DNA of 64,000 bases from assembly GCA_951406725.2 (NCBI GenBank), contig OX597819.1, positions 124,124,001 through 124,188,000 on the forward strand, read 5' to 3'. Position numbers and translations under genes: made by a program. The DNA is from Octopus vulgaris. Lineage: Eukaryota. Every line of letters starts with the position of its first letter. Position 1 is the stretch's first letter. This document shows positions 1-12,423 of the stretch, piece after piece. Under the pieces are notes generated by a model. The model made no database searches, was not told the origin of the DNA, and was given only the letters and a program-made list of their open reading frames with translations.

Positions 1-222
1 TTTACTACCCACAAGGGGCTAAACACAGAGGGGACAAACAAGGACAGACAAACAGATTAAGTCGATTATATCGACCCCAGAGCGTAACTGGTACTTATTT
101 AATCGACCCTGAAAGGATGAAAGGCAAAGTCGACCTCGGCGGAATTTGAACTCAGAACGTAACAGCAGATGAAATACGGCTACGCATTTCGCCCAGCATG
201 CTAACGATTCTGCCAGCTCGCA
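1..222 (-). mobile_element. SINE family A (B-box-like ctgagttcaaattcc; central gcctttcatcctttcggggtcgat domain)
   Basis: Five homologous copies in the window; the central domain resembles the Meta/Sauria-SINE domain from memory. Confidence 0.8.
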
Positions 223-670
223 GAGAAGTAGCCATACCCTCAATATAAATAACCCTTGCAATCCCAGATCTCTGCTTGCTCACCAACTCAGGGTAAGAAG
301 CATGAGTGATAGAAACTCTTTATGTTCCCTACATATGAGAAAACTCAAAATATTAGTCTATAGCACATTATAGATTCCTACCTAGGAATGCATCGCACAC
401 ACACACACACAATCCAATAACCATTGAACAGTTATGTATTAACAGCTTTGAGCTCTTTATTCTAAAGTGGCTTGGCTATGTTCCAATGAATTTGTCACTT
501 GCAAGAATATATTCTTTGTTGTAAAATGGTTGGTTGCAGTAAGGTTATCTAGCTATAAAAATCATGCCAAAGAAAAAGGTAGGTGGGATGGACAAATTGC
601 GGAGTCCATGGGCTATACCTCAGACAAAGGTAGGGTGACTCTTTAGCCCTATTCCAGGCAAACACCTCTA

Positions 671-900
671 ATACCTATTTCTTTATTACCCACAAGGGGC
701 TAAACACAGAGAGGACAAAGACAGACAAACGGATTAAGTTGATTACATCGACCCCAGTGCGTAACTGGTACTTATTTAATCAACCCCGAAAGGATGAAAG
801 GCAAAGTCGACCTTGGCGGAATTTGAACTCAGAATGTAGCAGCAGACAAAATACCGCTAAACATTTTGCCCGGCGTGCTAACGATTCTGCCAGCTCACCT
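671..900 (-). mobile_element. SINE family A
   Basis: Homologous to 1-222 and 52358-52582. Confidence 0.8.
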
Positions 901-1074
901 CTAATACCAAAGCATGCAATCTCTGTTGAGAGACCTATCGAACTCATTCCAATGGTAGAAAAAAGAAAACACATAATAGTGATGGTCATGTATTTGTTGT
1001 ATATGTAAGGCAAACAGAATTACATAACAAACCTAAAGGTTTCAAGTAGAATTGAACCTGTGCATGTGTTATTA

Positions 1075-1370
1075 TCGGCTACTGGCACCTGTGACCAGCA
1101 TCACCTTACTGGCACCTGTGCTGGTGGCATGTGTAAAAGGATTCGAGCGAGGTCGTTGCCAGTGCCACCTGGCTGGCCCCCGTTCCGGTGGCACGTAAAA
1201 AGCACCCACTACACTCTCGGAGTGTTAGGAAGGGCATCCAGCTGTAGAAACTCTGCCAGATCAAGACTGGAGCCTGGTGCAGCCATCTGGTTCGCCAGCC
1301 CTCAGTCAAAATCGTCCAACTCACGCTAGCATGGAAAGCGGACGTTAAACGATGATGATGATGATGATGA
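1075..1370 (+). mobile_element. RTE 3'-end element, subfamily I
   Basis: ggaagggcatccagctgtagaaac...catggaaagcggacgttaaac(gat)n, homologous to the 3' UTRs of the RTEs at 7.1 and 63.2 kb. Confidence 0.85.
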
Positions 1371-2544
1371 TAATCATTCTCCCAAGACACAACAAAATTT
1401 GTTTCAACAAATGAATTCACATTAAGAATCTTGCGAACTAAATACGAAAGCAAGCTTATAAAAAGATTCTAATTTCAAAAATACTAATCTAAGTGCTTCC
1501 CTTTGCTATTTGACTTTTATTAATTTTCTTCTAATAGTCCACAACAGTTGTGTGTTTTACTGATTTGCATTAAAACTTATAAGTCACGTTTCTGATTTTA
1601 CTGAAGCTATGTATAAAAACATCCAGAACACAACGGTTGCAAAAATGAATGACAGCACGTTCATAAGCTCCAAACATATATATATAGTTATGTTAATAAT
1701 ACAAATCAAATGCTATGTAGACACATAGCATACGATCAGCAGCTGACTAATTAATTCATAGATGAATAAATATTCATGAATTTTTCATGCCAGCGACAAA
1801 TAACAAGCAAATATTCATTTCCTCCTCTATCATCAGATCTCTCTTATTCTCTGGTGAATTTTTAGTGAAAAGCTTATATTTAAAAGGGACCGTTGTAGTA
1901 CTATTCTTACCATTCAGCTCTAATAATAATAATAATAATAATAATAATGATAAATGGTCACTACTAGTGACTCAAATTACCAAGAAAAATCCATAAGCGT
2001 ATTTCTGATAATTCCAACAATCAGATGACATTTAACAAGGAAAGGTTTTACTATGTTCTTAAATGTAATCATAAATGTTGTCCAAACAAACGGAGGCTGG
2101 CTTGAACAAGTCTGCTTCGTTGTGACCAATACTAACAAGACCTAAATCAATAGTTACTGCGAGAAAGAAATTAGCTGCTTTATTTTTATGTAGCTTATTA
2201 TTTATTCAGAAAGGAGAAAGAAAAATTTTTAATATTTTTTAAAAACTAATGCAGCAACAAATGAGGGAAAGTGTTAGGAGAAAAATTCATTGGAGAATAA
2301 ATAATAAAGATGTTTCAGAGTCAAGTTGGCAGAAAGAAAATCAATAGCGACATATCGTTAGAAAAGTATCCATGGTCACTAATGACCAGTATTCGTTTCA
2401 GTGGTACAATGACGAATATATTAAAACTGACAATTATGTATGAGTGTGGGCTGAAAAGTTCATAGGCTGACCATGAAGGAATGATGCTAGAGCTTTGAAT
2501 CTTTGCATGCATTTTAATTTAAATTCTTCTTATTCGTAACTGTA

Positions 2545-3470
2545 TTACATGAAAAATGCGAGCAAGAGAAATAATATTCTTAAGGTTATAAGCCTGGAAA
2601 ATTACAGGACAACTTATTAGATCTGGTAAAGTACAGAACAAGAAATTTTTTTACTTGAAGTATTGCAGCCAAGGATAGAATTTCAAATAAAATATTTAGA
2701 TTTAGAAAATATTAGCTTTTATTAAAACTAAAAATTTTATTACAAGTTATTACTTGTATTTGTTATTACTTGTTACTTCTATTAAAAATAAAAGATAACC
2801 CAATTAAAATATTTTTTGCACTTTAAAAAATTTGTTTTTTTAATTATTAATTAATAATTGGAAATTTGAAAATAGGTTACAAAAAATAATAGTAGTACAT
2901 AATTTATCATCATCGTTTAACGTTCATTTGATGATGAATTATGTACTACTATTATTTTTTATAACCTATTTTCAAATTTCCAATTATTAATTAATAACTT
3001 TTAAAAAAATTAGTTATATATTACACTAAAATCTATCAATAACAACAAATTCACAGTAAAATTTGCTTGAGTTATTGCCAAGTCTTCACATTTTTAGTCT
3101 TGACCCAATGACTATTTTTTTACATAATGAATTTGCCTACCATATAATACTATTCTACTTTACATAAAACTTTAGCTATATCGGTACTTCTGGCTCTCCT
3201 TTTATAAGTATTCTAGTGTGTCAATATTTTAACAAAATGATGGTACCTTTTTTTAATTAAAATGTTACTTTGTAAATTAAAATCAAATAATTTTTAATAT
3301 TCAAATTTTATCCTTTGCTGCAATATTTTAAGTAAAAAATGTATTGTTCTGTACTTTACCAGATCTAATAACTTGTCCTGAACTTTTCCAAGTGTAATAA
3401 CTTGTCCTGTAATTTTCCAGGCTTATAATCTTAAGAATATTATTTCTCTTGCTTGCATTTTTCCATGTAA
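2545..3470. repeat. Long inverted repeat (~150-bp arms)
   Basis: About 2545-2700 is the reverse complement of about 3280-3470; the right arm has a short internal duplication. Confidence 0.85.
2844..2997. repeat. Inverted repeat with 69-bp arms and 16-nt loop
   Basis: 2844-2912 pairs with 2929-2997 with 2 mismatches. Confidence 0.92.
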
Positions 3471-4715
3471 TCCCTGTTTTTTTCCTGGCTATGCTATTAT
3501 GCTGATTACTAATGTCAAACGTGTCAATTAGCAGTGTCATTGATAATTTTTTTCTTTACCTCAATGACACTGGTGGCATATATTAAAAGTCATAAAAAAG
3601 TATAGAACTACATTATCACCCTCAAATTTGAGAAACAAACAGTCATAACTTCTTTCTTTTAAAACTTCATTGCATGAGATTGATACTATGAAATTCCTCG
3701 AATACCAATCTATCATTTAAGCCTATTTTAAAATATAGTTTGTTTTTAAAATAAAAAATCCAATTTTTTGCCTTATTTTTGGTAGAAATTTTTGTTGCAT
3801 GGGAACAAAACTATGAAATTCTTCATGCTTTCTTCTGTCATTGAAGCTAAGATAAATATATTTTGCTTTTAAAATAAAGAAGTTATTTAGATCTAAACTT
3901 GATTGGTGGCATTACTTTCCTATAAGGTTGCTACAAATTTTAATGTAAACTTTTTTCTACAGGATCAAATCTCAATTTTTTTATGCCAAAATGTAGCTAG
4001 GTACCAGTCCTCTTCAAAAATGTTAAGTTTTCAGTTTGGTTAAGAACTGATGGTGAGACTAAAAAAAGGCAGAGAGAGAAGGTAAAGAGTGAGGTGATGA
4101 TGATTGGATAGTGAAAAATCTTCTTTTTTTTTTAATTGAGCGAAATTTTTTATGTCACCCATGACTTAACATATGCACATAAGTGCAATTCTGTGAAATA
4201 TTCATGCTTATTTACATGGCAGATATATGTAATTTAACTAAAGGTTGTATCATATGTACAGGATTTTTTTTTGTTGTTGTTTATGGGGGAAATTAAAAAA
4301 TAAGAGTGAATATTTATTTTATGAGTGCTGTGTATTAAGTCCATAAAATTGCACATAAGTATATCAAGTGCATTATGTAATCATTGTATTCCAATTTCTT
4401 TCACTTTTCAATGAGTAGCAGATGAGCAACTATCTTTCCCATACAGACGCAACACAGGCTACACTTTCCGGATTTTGGGATAAAACTTTCAGAAATAGGT
4501 TATGAAATATTCACAGGTTCCGCTAACATTAAATATTTTAACATAAAAATGTGTTGTTTTTTTGCTTCCTCAAAACACCAGCAAACAATTAGTTACCCAT
4601 ACAAAGCAATAGAATAGAGACGTAACTGATAGTAAGCAATATTTAAAATGTGAGCTGACTCATCACAAATTATTAAAAAAAGAAACTAAATGTACAACTG
4701 AAGAGAAGAAGAATT

Positions 4716-5098
4716 TTAAAAATCATTTTTGATAATTAAGTAGATATCTGAGATAGGTTTTAAGAATAAAAATCATTGATATTTTCGCAAACACCAGTTA
4801 TTTTACCCAGTGCTACAAAATACAATTTGTAGATCAATATATTCATCAGAAAATTGGTTTTCTACAAAGTAGATCTAGTGATATGTACAAAATATACTTC
4901 CAAGAACAATTTAAAAAATCATTTTTGATAATTAAGTAGATATCTGAGATAGGTTTTAAGGATATAAATCATTGATATTTTAGTATACACCAGTTATTTT
5001 ACCCAGTGCTACAAAATACAATTTGTAGATCAATATATTCATCAGAAAATTGGTTATCTAGCAAAGTAGATCAAGTGATATGCACAAAATATACTTCC
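4716..5098. repeat. Tandem duplication, ~195-bp unit x2
   Basis: aaaaatcatttttgataattaagtagatatctgag... starts near 4718 and 4913. Confidence 0.9.
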
Positions 5099-5641
5099 AT
5101 AAACAAGAAACAACTAACTATTCATTTGTAAAAAAAACAAAAGCTAAAATACCAAAAGCCACTGAAAGGTCACAGCTCCAGTACTACAGACACGTGATTA
5201 GAATGTTGCAGGAAAGAATCACAAGACAAATCCTTCGACCTAATTAAGGTAAAGAGTTATGAACTTACCTCTCTATTAATTGCCAATCATGAACAAAGTA
5301 TCTAAACCAGATTTGGGCAACCTTTTTTGAGAAACAAGCCAGATAAGACATGGCTCATCACTGGGTGGGCTGCCACTACTAGAAACATTCAAAGTAAGTT
5401 TCCATTAAGTGTGTCACTCAGGAACTCATGGATTGCAGTTTCTCTGTGACTGATTTAAACTTTAACTTTTCCAATGTAACTACTAACAACTTAAGTTCTA
5501 ATAACAAAAAAAACAAAACTAAGCTTAGAGAAATAACTCAACTCAATAACATGGATTGAGATAAATCAAGTGTGTATGGATATAATGAACAGTGTATGCA
5601 AAAAAATGGTAGAAATATTCTTCTTTGTCAGCAAAGGAAAA

Positions 5642-5817
5642 CAGCATTCATGGTCCATGTTTCACTGCCATGTAGCATGGCAGTTCGCACACATGCATCA
5701 TACAGTCTACCTTTCACCCTGAGCAAGAGGCCCTTAGTTGCTAGCAGAGGTAGGAGCTCCCTGAACTATTCTTATTCTAGTCACTACACTCTCAGAGCAA
5801 CTGCCCCCACTACAGAC
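5642..5817 (-). mobile_element. Internal RTE fragment duplicated from about 7948-8124
   Basis: Near-identical to 7948-8124, including the same short deletion relative to the 62 kb copy. Confidence 0.8.
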
Positions 5818-6159
5818 TATGTATGTGACCCAGAAAGGTGAGATAATTTCATTAAGAAATTTAATTCAATAAATTAAGAATTTAATTCTCAACAGAAATC
5901 TGGTTTTTGTCCATGGGGGTTTGTTGAATGCCAAATCTACAACTATTACCATATGTACTCCTGAGCAAAGTACATGATTCTTCTAACCTTAATCTTCATA
6001 ACATGATGGAATCATTTTCTTTCACTATTTAACAGACGAGCATCAACCTGTAAAAGTATTTATTTCATCAATATACAAATATCCAATTTCCAAAAACCAT
6101 TCCCATGTCCCCTTGTCTGTAAGAAGAAAGGAGAGAAAAAACTATCAAAAAAATATTAA

Positions 6160-6604
6160 CCCTTTCGTAACTGTATTTATTTTGAGATGCTCTGTGTTTC
6201 TTTCAATTATTTTAAATATAACAAAGAATTTAGTAAAATAACTTAGTTATCATTAACCCTTTAGTGTTCACATTATTCTACCAAAATTAATCCTTTTTCA
6301 TCCACATTGTTTTGAACTAATCATGCATTATCTTGTAGCGATTAGAATTTGGTGAGGTAGCTGTTAATTTTTAAAACGATATTGTAGGGTTGGTGTGAGA
6401 GACCAGATCTGGCCAGTTTGAACATAAAACAGGCAGAATACTTTTGGCCGTATATGGCCAGTTTAAATGCTAAAGGGTTAAGCTAGTGTTAGGAACATAA
6501 ATTGTGACTAAGGTTTGGTTGAAGATTTTAATTCAAAACTTATGGAAACAAGACATTTGTACTCAAAGCCAGAGACGGTTTCAGCCAGGTTGGTAATGAA
6601 AGGG
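6160..6604 (+). mobile_element. piggyBac-type MITE family P1 (220 bp) carrying a nested P2 MITE
   Basis: TTAA-CCCTTTCGT...GAAAGGG-TTAA; empty-site version at 8492-8711. Confidence 0.88.
6257..6477 (+). mobile_element. piggyBac-type MITE family P2 (221 bp)
   Basis: TTAA-CCCTTTAG...CTAAAGGG-TTAA; duplicates the internal TTAA of P1. Confidence 0.88.
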
Positions 6605-7129
6605 TTAAGGGAGTTGTGTACATTTGAAATAAAAACATCGACATAACTCTTAATTGGATCATCACAGTTTCAGTTTGGCAGAACCCACCTCCCTCCACAG
6701 CATGAACTACACCCAAAAATCGGCAAAGTAGAATGGTTCAGTTGTCAATCAAACCTGTATCACAGATCTGATTTACCTTACCACTGCTATGCACTTTTAT
6801 GATGTTAAGTTCAAAAATACAACTTTAAAAAAAAAAAAACAAAAACAATCTATCATATAACCGCAGTTATATAGTACTTTTAATTTCAAGTCTTTGAAGG
6901 TCAGTCAGATGAGATATAACTAGAGCAGCTACGTTAAACAACGATAACACTACAATCTATCTTTGTCCTCACTGTAGGTGTTAACTAAACAGTGTATAGG
7001 GACTGCTCATATTTTACAAAACAGCCTATCCCAGTAAATAAGATTAAAAGTAAAGAAGGGAGAGTAAAAACCTTTTTTCAAAATGCCATCCCTTGGTAAT
7101 TAAACATCCTGTTAGCTATAATTGACTAT

Positions 7130-8305
7130 TATCATCATCATCATTTAACGTCCGTTTTCCATGCTGGCATGGGTTGGACGGTTTGACTGACGTCCAGAGA
7201 GCCAGTGGCTGCACCAGGCCCCAATCTGATTTGGCAATGTTTCAACAGCTAGATGCCCTTCCTAACACCAACCACTCCAAGAGTGTACTGGGTGCTTTTT
7301 ACGTGCCACTGGCACAGGTGCTGGTCAGGTGGGCCTGGCAATGATCACGTCCGGATCGTGCTTTTTATACACCTCCAGCACAGAAGCCAGTCAGGGGGTA
7401 CTGGTATCAGCCATGTTCAGATGGTGCTTTTTACATGCCACTGGCACGGGAGCCAGTCAGGGGCACCAGCCCCAGCAATGATATTGGTTTTACTCAACTC
7501 AACAGGTCTTCTCAAGCATGTCATATTGCCTGATGCATTAGGGGTATTCTTAACAAGACTGGACATGCGTGGCTTTGATCTCACTTTAGTTGCCAGGTTT
7601 TCTCAATCACAGCATATCTCCAAAGATCCTGGTCTCCTGTCATTGCCTCTGTGAGGTTCAATGTTCAAAGGTCATATGCTTCACTACCTCATCCCATGTC
7701 TTCTTGGTTCTACCTCTTCCACAGGTTCCTTCTACAGTTAGGGAGTGGCACTTCCTCACACAGTTGTCCTCATCCATACATAACACATGGCCATACCAGC
7801 GCAGTCGCCCCTCTTGCACACCACATTTGATGCTTCTTATGCCCAACTTTTCTCTCAGGGCGCTCAAACTCTGTCGTGTGTGCACACTGACATTACACAT
7901 CCAGTAGATCATACTAACTTTATTTCTTTCAAGCCTACACATGTCCTCAGCATTCATGGCCCATGTTTCACTGCCATGTAGCATGGCAGTTTGCACACAT
8001 GCATCATACAGTCTACCTTTCACCCTGAGTGAGAGGCCCTTAGGTGCCAGCAGAGGTAGGAGCTCCCTGAACTATTCTTACTCTAGTCACTACACTCTCA
8101 GAGCAACCGCCCCCACTACAGACTTGGCCACCTAGGTAGCAGAGGCTTCTAGTGTCTCCCCCTGGCATCTGATAGAATCTGTTTTCCATACATCTTCACT
8201 GTTTATTGCCACACACAAAAACTATTTTCCCAGTTAACCTTCCTTTGATATTGTTGCACCTTTTATGTGTCTATAGCTTACACTGGGTACATCATATGGA
8301 GTTTA
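7130..8305 (-). mobile_element. 5'-truncated, degenerate RTE-clade LINE (ORF C-terminus, 3' UTR, (GAT)n tail)
   Basis: Translation KGRLYDACVQTAMLHGSETW...RLRWYGHV...GRGRTKKTW is a typical RTE ORF end; colinear with the copy at 62050-63397; ATC repeat tail at 7130-7143. Confidence 0.9.
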
Positions 8306-8491
8306 GACTATTCTCTTGCAAAATCACAAGTATAAATAATTTCATAACTACATTTTAAAACCAGAACGTAAGAAAGAAAACATATTATATGGAGTAAAAT
8401 ATTTTAATATCTCAAACCACACATTTTCTTCCCTACCAAAAAACTGAAGAACACTGACCATTCTTAACTAACTAAAAGTATACCCCCTTAA

Positions 8492-8711
8492 CCCTTTCAT
8501 TACTGTATTTATTTTGAGATGTTCTGTGTTTCTTTCAGCTATTTTAAATATAACAAAGAATGTTGTAAAATAACTTAGTTATCATTAAGCTAGTGTTAGG
8601 AACATCAATTGTGACTAAGGTTTGGTGGAAGATTTGAATTCAAAACTTATGAAAACAAGACATTTGTACTCAGAGCCAGAGCCAGTTTCAGCCGGGTTGG
8701 TAACGAAAGGG
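8492..8711 (+). mobile_element. MITE P1
   Basis: TTAA TSDs, CCCTTTC/GAAAGGG ends, 220 bp. Confidence 0.88.
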
Positions 8712-9390
8712 TTAATAAACAGCAAACTTTACTTGAAGAATGTCAAACTGGTTTCCATCTGGGCAACTAAAATAACACAAAAACTTGAGAGTAAAAAATA
8801 TTTCCAAACAGAAAGAGTTCCTGGATGTTCTCTCAATTATATGGTTTACCTTCTCATCACTGAAGTATGTGAATTTCAAAAGAAAAGAAATTATTCATAT
8901 GCTTTACACACTAATTATATTTTTAAAAAATTAGATAATACAAATAAAATGACAAAAGCACTTATAGTTTGGCAGAAAAGCCATCAAAGAACTCTTTAAA
9001 AAGGCATAGAACATGAAGCCAAAGTGCCAATGAGAAAGACGTACCCATAAATTAATCATCCTATCCTACCCCTATATTACAGAGTACGCTGGGGCTTGCG
9101 AAAACAATTCTACAAAATGCATGAATTGACATGATGCTAAGATTAGCAGTGACTACATACCGAATAGAAGAAAAAATATAAGAACATGTTAAGCAAAGAA
9201 ATGTATATCCTCCACCAGAACACACAACTGAACATTTAGACAAAGAAGAAACTCAAAAATATTACTCAGCAACTCCTAAAGATATGGAGAACCATGCTTA
9301 GAACTGAGATATGCAATGATGTAAACCAAAATGATGATAATAATTTCTTATAATAGAAAAATAAAATGTTGGAGAATTCTATAGGTATAA

Positions 9391-9760
9391 CTAGCACTAT
9401 GACCCAGCAACGCCAGGTCATAGTGCTAGTGCATGCATATACAGCTGCGTGCGTGTACACATACACGCGAGTACTGTCCAAATCTCCAACCAATCACATA
9501 CAGCTAGCTGGCATTCAATTGGCGAATCAAGTTTCGGGCATTTTGATTGGGTTTTGGATAGAAAATTCACATAAAAGTCACTTCTATTGAATTTTTAATG
9601 GCTTTGCAGGGTGACTAAGGAAATGTAAAGATGTGCACGACCACCCTTGGACGGTTTTGAATGACCATAGAAAGTGCGAGCCCTCTAACTGAAAAATTGT
9701 GGATTTGTATAAAGGACACACACACACACACACATTTTGCCGTTTATATATATAGAGAGA
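9391..9760 (-). mobile_element. Non-autonomous Helitron (~370 bp)
   Basis: Minus strand A|TCTCTCTATATATAT...(GT)n...hairpin-CTAG|T; no TSD; four copies in the window. Confidence 0.82.
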
Positions 9761-10016
9761 TTGATTGAATCAATGTGTGTGTGTGTGTGTGCCATCATCA
9801 TTACCATTTTGATATCCAATTTTCCATGTTGACATGGGCCAGACAGAATTTGCTATGGCCAGATGCACTTCATTTTGCCAACTCTCACCTGTAAGGTAAT
9901 TTTCCCTCGTGGACCAAACATGATTTTATAAAAAATTGGAAACGAGGAACACCACTTACATGACAGTGACACACATTTAAAACAATTACACCATATCGAG
10001 ATAAGTAAGCACCAAT

Positions 10017-10020
<4 letters not shown>

Positions 10021-10047
<27 letters not shown>

Positions 10048-10220
10048 GATAGGCTGTTTTCACTTTCCATCCACCAAATCCCCTCACAAAGCTTTAATCA
10101 GTCCAGAACTTGCAGCAGAAGGCAATTGTCCTAGGTGCCTCACAAAGGGACTGAACCCAGAACCATGTGATTGGGAAGGGGAAGCAAGCATCTTAACCAC
10201 ACAGCCACATCTGTGCCTGC
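10021..10220 (-). mobile_element. SINE family B, degenerate 5' half
   Basis: gggactgaacccagaaccatgtg...accacacagccac. Confidence 0.7.
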
Positions 10221-10429
10221 AAGGAGTCCCAAAAATATTTATACACAATTTAACAGATGATGATTGTTTCATTTTTAGATATAACTCGTTAGAAATAATG
10301 AAGAGTGCCAGACTAAAGCTTTGAACTAAAGAAATTTCCCATAAAGTGCTATTGGTGGTATGAAAATGCAGTCAAAGTGCAAAGACAATTTAAGGAAGGA
10401 GGTTCAAAGTACCCTGGATCCCAGGACGT

Positions 10430-10967
10430 CCCACTGTGCTTGAGGAGACCTGTTGAGTCAAGAACATGAACATCGAAATAAATATCAATGGAAAAAGTAG
10501 TTGTGATACCTGTGCTGGTGGCACATAAAAAGCACCATCCAAACGTGGCCGATGCCAGCGCCGCCCCGACTGGCTTCTGTGCCGGTGGAACATAAAAAGC
10601 ACCATCCGAACGTGGCCGATGCCAGCGCCGCCCCGACTGGCTTCTGTGCCAGTGGCACATAAAAAGCACCATCCGAACGTAGCCGTTGCCAGCGCTGCCT
10701 TGGCTGTCTTCCGTGCAGGTGGCACGTTAAAAGCTCCAACCGATCGTGGCCGATGCCGGACCCACCCTGGCACCTGTGCAGGTGGCACGTAAAAAGCACC
10801 CACTACACTCGCGGAGTGGTTGGTGTTAGGAAGGGCATCCAGCCGTAGAAGCTCTGCCAGATCAGACTGGAGCCTGGAGCAGCCCCTGGCTTCCCAAACC
10901 CCGGTTGAACCGTCCAACCCGTGCTAGCGCGGAAAACGGACGTTAAACGATGATGATGATGATGATG
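10430..10967 (+). mobile_element. RTE 3'-end element, subfamily II, with hairpin array and last codons of the RTE ORF
   Basis: Begins ctgtgcttgaggagacc (RTE ORF end); five GTGCC/GGCAC-AAAAAGCACC units; (gat)n tail. Confidence 0.85.
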
Positions 10968-11870
10968 TTCAAACTTATTCCCCAATGTGAACTGCTATCA
11001 CTCGGATTAGAAATGAGTTTGAGACAGATTAAACGGTTCAGAATCTCCACAGAAAAATGTCCCAGAGAAGTGCAGACAGTAACAGCTCCACTAAACAAGG
11101 AAGGGTACTAGAAACTTATTCCCAGAGTTCAATAAAAAATTTGTGCAACAAGCAAGTCGTTAGTAGCTAATTTATACATAAGCCTGCCAGCTCTCCATGG
11201 CACCACTGGCTGTTTCACCAGTATTTTTATTCTACATCAGCTTTACTGATTTTCTGCCTAGCATTCAGCTTGGCTGGCTGCCACTGATGAACCGTGATAC
11301 ACTGAAATCACGTGATGCAGAAGACCCATCCGCCGGTGTACTGACTGAATTTTATTAACTAATAATAGAATTTAGATGCTTTCTAGCATTTATCATCTAC
11401 ACTAAATGATTTTTCAGGTTGTTTACAATCTGAGGCATTATAAACCACAACACATCCAAGTAAGGTGGGATGGGCCAAATCATTACAAAGCCACTTCTTA
11501 TTCACATACTCAGTAATCCTAGTCACCTACCATGAAATATATATAAAAAACTTTTAACAGTTTATGGTACTTGATACAAAATTTTCCACAACTTTCTATT
11601 GTCCCTGAAAGTTGTTTTTTATATTTACTATGGATTGCTTGAAGCTAACTTTCTTCCTACACCTCGATCCTTCAATCTTATATTCATATATCATATATAT
11701 ATATATACATATATAGATAGATGACTTGTACTCATTATTTTTATGATGAATAAAGCTGGAATTCAACTCAAAAGGCAATGAGACTGTTTTTAGATATATT
11801 GCTTTAAAATATTTCATTTTGGGATTTGGTTTACAAGATTCTTTATATGAGTTTGTGTGTTGATGCATAT

Positions 11871-12054
11871 ATTCTGTTGTGTCTGGGGTGAGTCATTTTC
11901 TTTTTGTTGCCTTATTATTTAACACACTCACCAGTAAAATTTCCACTTTTTTTAAGGACAATAAAAATAAGAAAAAAAGTGGAAATTTTACCGGTTAGTG
12001 TGTTAAATAATAAGGCAACAAAAAGAAAATGACTCTCCCCAGACACAACAGAAT
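11871..12054. repeat. Inverted repeat with 83-bp arms and 18-nt loop
   Basis: 11871-11953 pairs with 11972-12054 with 3 mismatches. Confidence 0.92.
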
Positions 12055-12423
12055 TGCTTTAAAATAATCTATTAAAATTCTCACATGTGTGTTAAAATCA
12101 ATGTCATTTCTTTTCAATCAATATCTGAGAGAGCAGGTCTATTTGCTTATAAAATAAACAATAGTAAAAGAGTCACAGCTGGAGTGAGTTGAAAGGATGT
12201 CAGACCACCCATTGAAGAGTCAATATTTTGTATCATACCACTATTATTAAAGGTGAGAGAAAACTATTTGTGTGCCCTTGAATCGCATAAAATTTTGTGG
12301 TGATCTCATGAGCAACAAAACAGCTCTTCAATCTTTGAAAGTTTCCCTTTCTCTATTTTGATGCCAACTTGTCTCTGTATCATAGAACCACTCCTGGTTC
12401 TAGGATACAAACTTCCTGTTTAA

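Noticed and set aside
5268-5305. Possible small minus-strand exon ending in GAG|GTAAGT (other isolated donors near 20779, 40538 and 60670)
   Set aside because: Weak acceptors and no recognisable peptide; such donors are expected by chance in 64 kb.
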